A stretch of 30,820 nucleotides of DNA from IMG/VR virus record IMGVR_UViG_3300043570_001178, positions 1-30,820 of that record. One strand, 5' to 3'. Source of the DNA: a virus. Lineage: Duplodnaviria; Caudoviricetes. The notes under the pieces were generated by a model. It did not search any database and was not told the DNA's origin. It was given only the letters and a program-made list of their open reading frames with translations. A program made the position numbers and the translations under genes. Below are positions 1 through 8,687 of this stretch, in pieces. The first letter of the stretch is position 1, and every line of letters begins with the position of its first letter.

Positions 1-378
1 GAGTACAAAGACTTGCCACCTGCTACACCTGTAGAAGTCCGTGAGGATGAGAATGGCAATGAAGTTGTCATCACAGCAGAGGTAGCAGCAGCATTGGTAG
101 TTCTTGAAAGTCCTGCTGAACTTCTAACTGCAATCTTTAATGACCCAGGTCAAGCACTTCTTGCTATTGCAAGTATTGGTGCTGATATGTCAGATGAAGA
201 AAGAGAAGAATCAGAAAAAATTATTGTTGCATCTGTTATTGCTGGTCAAGCCGCCGTTAATGCGGCAGGCATGGCAGCAGCAGCAGCCACTACCAGAACC
301 CCGTCTGGTGGCGGTACAACTGGCGGAGGCGGAGCCTCTGCTGGTGAATCTAAAGCCGTAAGGAGACGCAAGCCTTGA
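1..378 (+). CDS. C-terminal part of a larger late protein (5'-truncated), function unknown
   Basis: Frame is open from base 1 (GAG TAC AAA GAC TTG...). Ala/Gly-rich C-terminus. Stop overlaps the next gene's TTG start. Confidence 0.7.
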   Translation, partial: EYKDLPPATPVEVREDENGNEVVITAEVAAALVVLESPAELLTAIFNDPGQALLAIASIGADMSDEEREESEKIIVASVIAGQAAVNAAGMAAAAATTRTPSGGGTTGGGGASAGESKAVRRRKP

Positions 379-542
379 AAATATTAAGAGACATGGTTGA
401 CCAACTTTGGACACTGCTTGGCATGTTCATTGCATGGGTTGTTCTTGATGGAAGTGCCAAGACAGTAGTTGGCTATGCCATTGGTGGAACACTTATTGCC
501 TGGGCAATCACATACCCACTACGTAACCCGAAGGACGAATAA
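375..542 (+). CDS. Small two-TM membrane protein (55 aa), lysis-cassette associated
   Basis: Not in the ORF track. AGGAG at 361-365, TTG start at 375. MKILRDMVDQLWTLLGMFIAWVVLDGSAKTVVGYAIGGTLIAWAITYPLRNPKDE has two hydrophobic stretches. TAATG coupling to the next gene. Confidence 0.7.
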   Translation: MKILRDMVDQLWTLLGMFIAWVVLDGSAKTVVGYAIGGTLIAWAITYPLRNPKDE

Positions 543-784
543 TGGACACATTTAAAAGTGTAATAATGAGAATCTTTGCTGTTATTGCAGCAGAATCTCT
601 TGGAGTTATTGGTGCTGGTTCCTTGGTAGGTATCGAAGTATGGCAAGCAGGAGTATTGGCAGGTGCACTAGGTGCAGCCCGCGTACTTGAGACTTTAGCC
701 CGCTTCTACCTAGCAGACGGAAGCCTGACATCAGAAGAAATCAACGCAGCCTTTGCTAAGGTTGACAAGAAAGCGAGTGAATAA
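542..784 (+). CDS. Holin-like membrane protein
   Basis: 80 aa, two hydrophobic segments, charged C-terminus, directly upstream of the endolysin. Confidence 0.65.
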   Translation: MDTFKSVIMRIFAVIAAESLGVIGAGSLVGIEVWQAGVLAGALGAARVLETLARFYLADGSLTSEEINAAFAKVDKKASE

Positions 785-1293
785 TGGGACAAAGAAACGA
801 CTTCATCAAAACTGCAAGAGCAGAAATTGGTGTAATCGAAGGACCTAAGGACAACGAAACCAAGTACGGAGCCTTTACTAAGGCTAACTTCCTACCTTGG
901 TGTGGTTCTTTTGTGAACTGGTGTGCTAACGAGGTTGGCTTGAAGATTCCTTCATGCGTATCAACTGTTGTTGGTGCATCTGCATTCATCAAGAAGGGTC
1001 AGTGGGAAAAGGCTGAGGAAGCCACACCACTACCAGGAGATGTTGTCTTCTTTGATTTCCCGAACGACGGCGTAGACCGAATCTCACATGTTGGGATTGT
1101 GGTCAGGGACAATGGCGACGGTACTGTTACCTGCATCGAAGGCAATACTGCCCCAGATAAAAAGGGTGACCAGCGCAACGGAGGGCAAGTATGCCTAAAG
1201 AAGCGTGCTTACAAGAAGAAGAACGGGCCTGCCTTAAAGAAATCTGCTGCAGTAGTTGTGGTAGGATTCGGCAAGCCTGTATTTAAGTCATAA
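784..1293 (+). CDS. Endolysin, CHAP-domain amidase/peptidase
   Basis: Catalytic motifs PWCGSFV, PGDVVFFDF, HVGIV and IEGNT are typical of CHAP domains. Confidence 0.9.
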   Translation: MGQRNDFIKTARAEIGVIEGPKDNETKYGAFTKANFLPWCGSFVNWCANEVGLKIPSCVSTVVGASAFIKKGQWEKAEEATPLPGDVVFFDFPNDGVDRISHVGIVVRDNGDGTVTCIEGNTAPDKKGDQRNGGQVCLKKRAYKKKNGPALKKSAAVVVVGFGKPVFKS

Positions 1294-1322
1294 GACTTTT
1301 ATACTTGAAAAAAGGAGAACCA

Positions 1323-1511
1323 ATGGATATCAATACACTTAAGCAAGTCTCGTTGTCATATGCTCGTGCAGCAGGTGCAGCGGTAGTTGCGATGTACCTA
1401 GCAGGAGAGACAGACCCTAAGAAGTTGGCTTACGCCTTCGCAGCAGGTTTTATCGGTCCAGTTGCTAAGTACTTCGACAAGTCAGCGAAAGACTTCGGTT
1501 TGACCAAGTAG
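1323..1511 (+). CDS. Holin-like small membrane protein
   Basis: AAAGGAG SD before ATG 1323. Two hydrophobic segments and a basic tail (KDFGLTK). Follows the endolysin. Confidence 0.7.
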   Translation: MDINTLKQVSLSYARAAGAAVVAMYLAGETDPKKLAYAFAAGFIGPVAKYFDKSAKDFGLTK

Positions 1512-1527
1512 GCTAAAGCCTACAAAC

Positions 1528-1571
1528 TAGCCCCTCATTTTACTAGCAATAGTAGAGTGGGGGGCTATTTT
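1528..1571 (+). terminator. Intrinsic terminator closing the late/lysis operon
   Basis: TAGCCCCTCATTTTACTA-GCAA-TAGTAGAGTGGGGGGCTA stem-loop followed by TTTT. Confidence 0.85.
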
Positions 1572-1698
1572 GTCGTCCATAGGATACCCCAAACAGGTCG
1601 GAAAGATGGCGAGTTGCGCCACTTTCACGGCTCCCAGGTCATAATGTATGGGTCAGGGGTACTTATCGCCTCAACTCGAGGTCAATTTACTTTTGTTA

Positions 1699-1875
1699 TC
1701 ATCCGCCAGTTGAGTAGAAACCCTTAGCATTGAACTTTACAGGGGCAGAGTTATAGACCCTAGTCATGGGGTCATTGCAGGTATCGCAGTAGGGTATGAT
1801 TTCATCATCTGTCATACCCCTGGTAATGATGACAACCTCTGAATCGTTCTCACATTTGTACTCGTAACTAGCCAT
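1699..1875 (-). CDS. FmdB-like zinc-ribbon protein (58 aa)
   Basis: Not in the ORF track. GGAGGG SD. MASYEYKCENDSEVVIITRGMTDDEIIPYCDTCNDPMTRVYNSAPVKFNAKGFYSTGG matches the YEYxC...CxxC...RVY..P..F...GFYST pattern. Confidence 0.8.
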   Translation of the reverse strand: MASYEYKCENDSEVVIITRGMTDDEIIPYCDTCNDPMTRVYNSAPVKFNAKGFYSTGG

Positions 1876-2081
1876 TCAACCCTCCAAGATTAGAGACTTA
1901 GTGTATCATAAAAGGGCGGGTAACCGTGGGGCGGAAACTTCAAATGACGGTGACGACATATGTCTGATTCCAACTCCCTGAACCACCATTAAATTCTATG
2001 GGGGGTAGGGGGGCGTTTCTTAAAATCTGGCTCAGACAGCATTTAAGAAACCCGTTTCGAGTAGCGGGGTAGTTTAGGGTC

Positions 2082-2097
2082 TGCTACAGTCATCCCA
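2082..2097 (+). promoter_or_regulatory. Extended -10 promoter, probably leaderless, for the replication module
   Basis: TG-C-TACAGT (2082-2090), then 6 nt, then ATG 2097. No SD upstream. Confidence 0.5.
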
Positions 2098-2855
2098 TGA
2101 ACGAATTACCTAAGCATATTTCCTATTCCAGTCTAACCACTTGGCAAGAGTGTGGCTGGAAATACTATCTACAAAAAGTCGAAGGCGTTAAAGAAGCACA
2201 CGCCGTATGGTTTACTGGTGGCTCAGCAGTACATAAGGCTACCGAGAACTATGACAACGCAGGCAACATTACTCTTGACTCTGCCTACCTTGATACCGTC
2301 TGGAACGATGCTTGGTTTGCCCAAGTAAAAGAAGACGAAGAACTCAACGGTGACATGAACACTTGGCAGTTTGCCAAGAAAGAAGACATGACATGGTGGT
2401 ATGGCGAAGGTCGCTGGATGTTAGAGAACTGGGCTAAGTTCCGCATGAACGGCTGGTCAGTCTATGAAGACTTCGTTGAAAAAGAATATGAAATTGAAAT
2501 CGATGACTCATCTGTGAAGATGGCCATTGACCGAGTGATGGTGGACTTCGAGGGGAATCGGGTGCTCCTCGACATCAAGACTGGTGCGTCATCTCAGAGG
2601 CATCCTTTGCAACTGGCTGTCTATGCGTGGGCACTGGAGAAGCAAGGGATATCTGTCGATAAGGCAGGCTTCTGGGATGCACGTACTGGTTACGTTTCGT
2701 TATGGAACCTCACCAATCTGCACTCAGACCGAGTAGAAGATATACTCAACACCTTTGATAAAGCACGCAAGGAAACAATCTTCCTTCCTAACATGTCTAA
2801 CTGTGGTCGATGTGGTATAACATCCTCCTGTAAATATGTTAATAGCAACGCATAG
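2097..2855 (+). CDS. Cas4/RecB-like PD-(D/E)XK exonuclease
   Basis: ISYSSL..WQECG, GSAVH, IDRV...LLDIKTG, QLAVY and C-terminal CGRC....C, a four-Cys Fe-S pattern. Confidence 0.9.
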   Translation: MNELPKHISYSSLTTWQECGWKYYLQKVEGVKEAHAVWFTGGSAVHKATENYDNAGNITLDSAYLDTVWNDAWFAQVKEDEELNGDMNTWQFAKKEDMTWWYGEGRWMLENWAKFRMNGWSVYEDFVEKEYEIEIDDSSVKMAIDRVMVDFEGNRVLLDIKTGASSQRHPLQLAVYAWALEKQGISVDKAGFWDARTGYVSLWNLTNLHSDRVEDILNTFDKARKETIFLPNMSNCGRCGITSSCKYVNSNA

Positions 2856-2889
2856 AGTTCAAACTCGAACATGAATGAGGAGATAGAAA

Positions 2890-3318
2890 ATGACTGGTAA
2901 CTTCCAAGTTAGTAGCAAACTCTATGACGGACGTATATTCGTTGTAGCGTCAGAGACCTACGCAGGATTCTGCGAGGCTCTAGAAAGTGCAGTAGGCGTT
3001 GAGGAGTCACAAGACCTTCTTAAGCAGATGGCACAATCACTATCAGGTGCTCCACAGAATGCATCACAGGCAGTAGAGAACGTTCGTTCTTCTTACCCTA
3101 ATGCACAAGTAGACCACACTGCACATCCAACACAAACTTCTGGCAATACTATGGGACCAGAAGCAAAGAAGTGCCACCATGGTATTATGACAAAGCGACA
3201 GGGACAGGGTGCTAAGGGACCATGGAAGGGCTATATGTGCCCATCTCCAAAGGGAACTCCAGACCAGTGTGAGCCAGTCTTTATTCGTCGTAATGATGCA
3301 GAATGGAATAGTTTCTAA
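2890..3318 (+). CDS. Hypothetical protein with C-terminal Zn finger, probable recombination/replication accessory
   Basis: GAGGAG SD. CHHG.M...G....PWKGYMCP......QC motif. Sits between the nuclease and helicase. Confidence 0.7.
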   Translation: MTGNFQVSSKLYDGRIFVVASETYAGFCEALESAVGVEESQDLLKQMAQSLSGAPQNASQAVENVRSSYPNAQVDHTAHPTQTSGNTMGPEAKKCHHGIMTKRQGQGAKGPWKGYMCPSPKGTPDQCEPVFIRRNDAEWNSF

Positions 3319-3321
3319 ACA

Positions 3322-4113
3322 ATGAGAACACTTGCACGCGCCGTAGGTACTAAGGACATAGGTGGCGAACCGCTACCAACTGTCTTTCGTACCTTTGAAC
3401 TCAACAAGGTCGTGTTTCGGCGTGCCGAAATCTCGATGATTGCTGGTACACCTGGTGCTGGCAAGTCTTCTGTTGCTTTAGCATTAGCATTGAGAGCAAA
3501 GGTTCCAACACTGTACGTCAGTGCTGATACCAATGCACATACAATGGCTATGCGATTACTATCTATGATAACTGGCAAGACTCAATCTGATGTAGAAATT
3601 TTACTTGAGACTGAGGTTGCTACTTCAAGGAAAGTAATCAATGACCATGCGCAGCACATCTTCTGGTCTTTTGATTCTAGTCCTACGCTAGATGATTTAG
3701 ACCAGGAGGTTGCTGCGTTTGAAGAACTATGGGGATGTTCACCTACTCTTATCGTTATTGATAACCTTATGGATATCGCTAACGATGGCGGAGAAGAGTT
3801 TGCAAACATGCGCTCTACTCTGAAAGAACTCAAGTACCTCGCAAGAGATACTAACGCTGCTGTTGTAGTACTCCACCATACAAAGGAGTCCTACATCGGG
3901 ACACCGTGCCAACCACGTTCCTCTCTACAAGGAATGGTTGCACAGTTGCCCGCACTTATCTGTACTGTTGGCTCTGATGCTCCTGGTTTTATCGCCGTAG
4001 CACCAGTTAAGAACCGTTATGGTAAGGCAGACCCGACAGGCAACACTGCCTTTTGGTTGAACTTTAACCCTGAATACATGGATGTTTCTGACATCGCTGA
4101 AAGGTTAAAATGA
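3322..4113 (+). CDS. DnaB-like (RecA-fold) helicase/ATPase
   Basis: Walker A AGTPGAGKS, Walker B LIVIDNL, VVVLHH, and KNRYG arginine-finger motif. Confidence 0.9.
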   Translation: MRTLARAVGTKDIGGEPLPTVFRTFELNKVVFRRAEISMIAGTPGAGKSSVALALALRAKVPTLYVSADTNAHTMAMRLLSMITGKTQSDVEILLETEVATSRKVINDHAQHIFWSFDSSPTLDDLDQEVAAFEELWGCSPTLIVIDNLMDIANDGGEEFANMRSTLKELKYLARDTNAAVVVLHHTKESYIGTPCQPRSSLQGMVAQLPALICTVGSDAPGFIAVAPVKNRYGKADPTGNTAFWLNFNPEYMDVSDIAERLK

Positions 4114-4202
4114 GTATCATCGACCCTATCGTACCTCACCCTGACTGGGGCAATCCGTTTCCTAACGTAGACCCTGATGAGTGGGAAGATGACGATGACT
4201 AA
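4110..4202 (+). CDS. Small acidic protein (30 aa)
   Basis: Not in the ORF track. ATGA overlap with the helicase stop. MSIIDPIVPHPDWGNPFPNVDPDEWEDDDD fills the gap and overlaps the next start. Confidence 0.55.
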   Translation: MSIIDPIVPHPDWGNPFPNVDPDEWEDDDD

Positions 4203-4398
4203 AGATATAAACCAACTAAAGCCAGATTACACAAGGGCGATGGATATACGTGGTGAACCAACCACGGTATGCATCTGTGGATGTTACATTTGGAATCTCA
4301 AAGTAGCCTTCGAACAAGATGGTACTATTGGGATGTATTTCAGAGATATGGAGTGTGCTGACTGTGGAACACAGGCAACCGCCCCAATTGAGGAGTAA
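4195..4398 (+). CDS. Small zinc-ribbon protein
   Basis: CICGC...MECADCG. Start at ATG 4195 preferred. Confidence 0.7.
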   Translation: MTKDINQLKPDYTRAMDIRGEPTTVCICGCYIWNLKVAFEQDGTIGMYFRDMECADCGTQATAPIEE

Positions 4399-4400
4399 GA

Positions 4401-4832
4401 ATGAAACTAACAACATATGCTTGGATAATGGCTGCTGTAGTCTTTGTGGGAACTTTGCCTCACGCTGTGGGTGCGATGTTTTTGGAAAGACAAATAGCAA
4501 TCAAAGAGAATTGCGCTAAGCCAATCTTTGGTGTAGTAGCAATATCCGAGATGAAGAAGATGGCAAAATGGATTGCAAAGGGCAAAGTCCTGGAGCAATA
4601 CAAGAGTAATCATGAGTGGAAGTCACTCTTTACTCTATGGAACAGGGAGTCTCGCTGGGATTACACGGCGAACAATCCTCGTTCATCTGCTTATGGAATA
4701 CCTCAGATGCTTAATATGCCAGAGAATACTCCAATGAATAAGCAGATTGACTTAGGTCTCAAATATATCAAGCACCGTTACGGCAGTCCATCAAAGGCTT
4801 TGGCCTTTCATAATCGCAACGGCTGGTATTAA
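4401..4832 (+). CDS. Lytic transglycosylase (SLT/lysozyme-like) with N-terminal signal or TM segment
   Basis: RESRW...A.NPRSSAYGIPQ, QIDLGLKYIKHRYG and terminal GWY are typical of actinobacterial transglycosylases. Confidence 0.85.
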   Translation: MKLTTYAWIMAAVVFVGTLPHAVGAMFLERQIAIKENCAKPIFGVVAISEMKKMAKWIAKGKVLEQYKSNHEWKSLFTLWNRESRWDYTANNPRSSAYGIPQMLNMPENTPMNKQIDLGLKYIKHRYGSPSKALAFHNRNGWY

Positions 4833-4834
4833 TC

Positions 4835-5176
4835 ATGGGTGGTCGCGCAGCAAAGGCTAAAGGTGCAGGAGCAGAGCGAGATGTAGTCAAATACCTCAAG
4901 CAATGGTTCCCGTATGTAGACAGGCGTTTAGCAGGTGCGACCCTTGATAAAGGTGACATCTCAGGTATACCTGGTGTTACTATAGAGATAAAGAACCACG
5001 CTAAGATGGACTTAGCAGGGTGGACAGAAGAGTTGATAGTCGAGATGACTAACGATAAGGCTTGGACAGGCGTAGTTGTGCACAAGAGGAAAGGCAAGGG
5101 GAATCCTGGAGACTGGTACGCAACTATGCCTGTACATGTATGGGTAGAACTCTTAAGGAAGGCACTAGACAAGTGA
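4835..5176 (+). CDS. Holliday junction resolvase (Hjc-like PD-(D/E)XK)
   Basis: KAKGAGAERDVVKYL, DKGDI, IEIKN motifs. Confidence 0.8.
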   Translation: MGGRAAKAKGAGAERDVVKYLKQWFPYVDRRLAGATLDKGDISGIPGVTIEIKNHAKMDLAGWTEELIVEMTNDKAWTGVVVHKRKGKGNPGDWYATMPVHVWVELLRKALDK

Positions 5177-5553
5177 ACGATGAAAACCCGAACATCACTG
5201 CAATACTAGAGCACTATGGTGCTACAGTTCCAACCCGAAATGGTTGGGCTAAGATGAAGTGTCCGTTTCATAATGATTCACACGCATCAGCAGCAGTTAA
5301 TCTGCAAGAAAATCTTTTCAAATGCCATGGATGTCAGTACAAAGGCAGTGGCTACAAAATCATTATGGATAAAGAGGGGGTAGGTTTTCGTGAAGCAATC
5401 AGCATCGCAGAAGGAATCCTTAACCAATGCGGCCAGGCATTACCACAGCGCATTGGGCGAGGCGGAAGAATATCTGGCAGGTCGAGGAATAACAATGGAG
5501 CAAGCGACAGCCGTACGCTTGGGCGTCGTCTCAGAGCCGTTAACGGGTCATGA
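5173..5553 (+). CDS. DNA primase zinc-binding (CHC2) subunit
   Basis: CPFHNDSHASA...FKCHGC. GTG 5173 overlaps the upstream stop (GTGA). Confidence 0.8.
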   Translation: MNDENPNITAILEHYGATVPTRNGWAKMKCPFHNDSHASAAVNLQENLFKCHGCQYKGSGYKIIMDKEGVGFREAISIAEGILNQCGQALPQRIGRGGRISGRSRNNNGASDSRTLGRRLRAVNGS

Positions 5554-6013
5554 AACGTATCTCAATAGGCTCGCGATTCCGTATATTACGCGTTCAGGGG
5601 TGGTGGACATTAGATTCCGTTCAATGGACCTATCAGAACCGAAATACATGGGAATGGCTGGTGCGACAACGCATCTCTACAATGTTAGTGCGTTCTTTAG
5701 AGCGACCTCATTTATTTCTATCTGTGAAGGTGAGATTGATACGGTCACACTCGATACTGTATGTGGTATACCTGCGGTGGGGGTCCCAGGAGTTAATAAC
5801 TGGAAGAAGCATTACACCAAACTCCTGCAAGATTTCGAAAAGGTATTCCTCTTTGCCGATGGGGATAATGCTGGTACTGATTTTGGCAAGTCTCTTTCTC
5901 GTGAGTTGGGTAACCTTGTGGTAGTGCAAATGCCTGAGGGTGAAGATGTGAATTCTATGTATCGTCTGCATGGCGCAGAGTATTTTAACCACAAGATTGA
6001 GAGCGCACAGTAA
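5390..6013 (+). CDS. DNA primase catalytic (TOPRIM) subunit
   Basis: YLAGRGI, RLAIPY, PKY, ICEGEIDT and FADGDNAG TOPRIM motifs. GAGGGGG upstream of GTG. Confidence 0.9.
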   Translation: MKQSASQKESLTNAARHYHSALGEAEEYLAGRGITMEQATAVRLGVVSEPLTGHETYLNRLAIPYITRSGVVDIRFRSMDLSEPKYMGMAGATTHLYNVSAFFRATSFISICEGEIDTVTLDTVCGIPAVGVPGVNNWKKHYTKLLQDFEKVFLFADGDNAGTDFGKSLSRELGNLVVVQMPEGEDVNSMYRLHGAEYFNHKIESAQ

Positions 6014-6357
6014 TGTTAATTCCAGTAGACGGACACTTTGAGTGTTCAGAATCCAATTGTGACTTTGTTACTTGCGACCTGTATGAGTTCATGGAGCACT
6101 GTGGAGTTGAGTATGAGTGGGGTGTACGCCTTAACAAGCGATACACATTTGACTTGTTTCAGTTCCTAGAGATACTCAATGAGTTGACCAACATGGGTGA
6201 CTTAGATGCCATGTATGACCACATACAGTCAGCAACCTTGTTGATGATTAACGCAAGTGGTGATGAATTAGAAGACTTTATCGAAGAAAGTGTAGTACAA
6301 TCGGAGATGTCAGAAGTGATGGACGGAATCGAAAGGCTATTAAAAGAGAATGAATAA
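6013..6357 (+). CDS. Hypothetical acidic protein
   Basis: Translationally coupled ORF. N-terminal C....C...H pattern. Confidence 0.7.
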   Translation: MLIPVDGHFECSESNCDFVTCDLYEFMEHCGVEYEWGVRLNKRYTFDLFQFLEILNELTNMGDLDAMYDHIQSATLLMINASGDELEDFIEESVVQSEMSEVMDGIERLLKENE

Positions 6358-6676
6358 TGCAGACCTTAAAGAACTCATCTGGAAAGAACAAGCAGTAGAC
6401 CAGTTTGACCTAGATGTGTATGAAATCGTTGATGAATTGTACGATTTAATGCTGACTAAGCATGCAGATTACGGTCCATTAAACATTGCTAAGTCTCCTG
6501 GTGGTCCTATCAATGGGCTACGTGTGCGTATGTGGGACAAGATAGCACGCATCAACAACCTAACTGATAGTGGTTCAGATGCTAAGCACGAATCACTTGA
6601 AGACTCTTTCAAAGACCTAGCAAACTATGCCATCATCGGAATGATGGTACTGAGAGGAAAATGGCCAACAGAATGA
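6350..6676 (+). CDS. DUF1599 / nucleotide-modification-associated domain protein
   Basis: KHADYG...RMWDKIARI...ESLEDSFKDLANYAII pattern. Confidence 0.75.
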   Translation: MNNADLKELIWKEQAVDQFDLDVYEIVDELYDLMLTKHADYGPLNIAKSPGGPINGLRVRMWDKIARINNLTDSGSDAKHESLEDSFKDLANYAIIGMMVLRGKWPTE

Positions 6677-6981
6677 AAATCTTCGGACCATACAAAGGCA
6701 GTAAACAAAATGGTGGGCGTCCAATCTACGTCTTTAAGAGAAAGAAGAAGGATGGCACAGTGGTTACGACTTCTAGCAATAAGGCTAGAGTTGATTACGA
6801 AGAAGCCACAGGAAAAACCTTACCAAAGAAAACAGAAGTCGACCACAAGAACAACAAAGGTCGAGCAGGAGATGACAGAATTTCAAATCTCCGAACCATT
6901 TCTAAAAGTAAGAACGTAGGCTTAGAGAACAAGCGTCGCGCTAAGAAGACAGCAAAGAAAGCAGCGGTGAAGAAGAAGTGA
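6673..6981 (+). CDS. HNH-family nuclease-like basic protein
   Basis: EVDHKNN......DRISNLRTISKSKN. ATGA overlap at 6673. Confidence 0.75.
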   Translation: MKIFGPYKGSKQNGGRPIYVFKRKKKDGTVVTTSSNKARVDYEEATGKTLPKKTEVDHKNNKGRAGDDRISNLRTISKSKNVGLENKRRAKKTAKKAAVKKK

Positions 6982-7718
6982 AAAACATTGTTTGCATCTC
7001 CGACTTGCAGGTTCCATATCATGATGTCGAAGCCACCAAAGCAGTGGCGAAGTTTATCCAGTGGTATCAACCTGAGACAGTCGTCTCTTGTGGAGACGAA
7101 ATGGATATGCAGACAATCAGTAAGTGGAGTAAGGGTACTGAACTAGAGTATGAGCGTTCTATTGGACGTGACAGAGACCTTACACGCCAAGTGCTATACG
7201 ACTTAACAGTTGAGCACATGGTGCGCAGTAATCACACTGACCGCTTATTTAATACAGTTGCAATGCGTGCACCAGGGTTACTTGGTTTGCCTGAGTTGCA
7301 GTTAGAAAACTTTCTTGGTCTTGATGAACTTGAGATTAAGTATCATGTAGACCCTTATGAGTTAGCACCTGGCTGGTTGCTGATGCATGGGGATGAAGGA
7401 AATGTGCAACCCACTGCTGGTGCGACTGCCTTGGGACTAGCAAAGCGTTCAGGTATGAGCGTCGTGTGTGGTCACACGCACCGCATGGGGTTGACACATC
7501 AGACTCAGACTTACCGTGGTGGTAAGCCTAAGACTGTATGGGGTATGGAACTTGGTAACCTAATGGATTACCGTAATGCTAAGTACATCAAGGCAGGGCT
7601 ATTCACATGGCAACAAGGCTTTGGTATCTTGCACGTTGATGGTAAAACTGTAACACCACAGTTAGTTCCTATCGTTAATCAATCTTTCACAGTGGATGGT
7701 AAAACATTTAAGTGGTAG
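6978..7718 (+). CDS. Calcineurin-like metallophosphoesterase
   Basis: ISDLQ, GDEMD, SNH, MHGD and GHTH motifs. Confidence 0.9.
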   Translation: MKNIVCISDLQVPYHDVEATKAVAKFIQWYQPETVVSCGDEMDMQTISKWSKGTELEYERSIGRDRDLTRQVLYDLTVEHMVRSNHTDRLFNTVAMRAPGLLGLPELQLENFLGLDELEIKYHVDPYELAPGWLLMHGDEGNVQPTAGATALGLAKRSGMSVVCGHTHRMGLTHQTQTYRGGKPKTVWGMELGNLMDYRNAKYIKAGLFTWQQGFGILHVDGKTVTPQLVPIVNQSFTVDGKTFKW

Positions 7719-8419
7719 TTGACACCGATAAGTATGACAACATGGTTGGCTCTATTGCCTATGAGTTCTCTCGTAAGTTTCACATGTGTGATGCTGACGA
7801 TATTAGACAAGAGTTATGGTTATGGTTCTTAGAACATCCTAACAAAGTTAAACTGTGGGAAGCAATTGATGTTAGACAATCAACTAAGTTGGTAGCACGT
7901 TCACTGCGTAATGCTGCTAAAGATTATTGTCAGCGTGAGAAGGCTCGCGCCGTCGGCTATAAAGTAGAAGATAACTATTACTATGACCGTGAGGTTGTTG
8001 AGTTGTTGTTGCCTGCTGTACTACGCAAGGATACTAATGCACCAGCAATGATTGACTTAGGTTTTACTAAGGCTAAGAAGGTTGCATCAGAAGGTGGTAA
8101 CTGGTTTGCAATGATGGCTGACATTGAGAGGTCGCTAGTGCGACTGACTCAAGAACAGTTAAGTATCGTCTATCTTCGATTCGGAGATGGGTGCGATAAC
8201 GCTAGCCTGGCAAAGGAATTAGCCATCACCGAAGATGCAGCACGTATGCGTGTGAACAGAGCCTTAAACAATCTATTAAATTTCCTGGGTGGTACAAGAC
8301 CACGCAAGGAATGGGACTATACAGAGGAGCAGGTCAATGAGCAGATTAATGCAGATACAAGAAGTGACGGAGATTTACAAGAACTTGGAGACGAAGTTAT
8401 CGGACAAGACTTGGACTGA
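7712..8419 (+). CDS. Phage sigma-70/ECF-like RNA polymerase sigma factor
   Basis: DADDIRQELWL, LRNAAKDY.QRE (region 2), and LTQEQ..IVYLRF......LAKELAITEDAARMRVNRAL (region 4 HTH). Confidence 0.8.
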   Translation: MVVDTDKYDNMVGSIAYEFSRKFHMCDADDIRQELWLWFLEHPNKVKLWEAIDVRQSTKLVARSLRNAAKDYCQREKARAVGYKVEDNYYYDREVVELLLPAVLRKDTNAPAMIDLGFTKAKKVASEGGNWFAMMADIERSLVRLTQEQLSIVYLRFGDGCDNASLAKELAITEDAARMRVNRALNNLLNFLGGTRPRKEWDYTEEQVNEQINADTRSDGDLQELGDEVIGQDLD

Positions 8420-8687
8420 TAAGTTTGAAGCCGATGACTTAAAACTCATCACAGATGTCAAAGATGTAACTGAGAATTTAATTTCACAGGTCTTTATCTT
8501 CATTGATTTCTTCCATCAGTATGTTGATGCTGTGCAAGGTGCTGCAATCTTCTCCCCCGAGTATGCAGGGAAAGTTCAGGACGACGCCGAGGTCTATCCA
8601 ACACAAACTTCCGCTCCCGCGGGGCCGACCCCTGCCAACCGCGCCGAGAAGCGCGCTGCTGTCAAGTCAGGACTAATCGTACCATGA
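8337..8687 (+). CDS. Hypothetical protein
   Basis: GAGGAG upstream of ATG 8337. C-terminal PANRAEKRA motif. Confidence 0.6.
   Translation: MSRLMQIQEVTEIYKNLETKLSDKTWTDKFEADDLKLITDVKDVTENLISQVFIFIDFFHQYVDAVQGAAIFSPEYAGKVQDDAEVYPTQTSAPAGPTPANRAEKRAAVKSGLIVP

Noticed and set aside
1596-1604. GGTCGGAAA half-match to the palindrome
   Set aside because: The right arm is missing, so this may be chance.
2855-2876. GAGTTCAAACTCGAAC as a LexA/SOS box
   Set aside because: It does not fit the actinobacterial GAAC-N4-GTTC arrangement.
5062-5172. Upstream start for the primase Zn subunit
   Set aside because: It overlaps the resolvase gene. GTG 5173 gives normal coupling.
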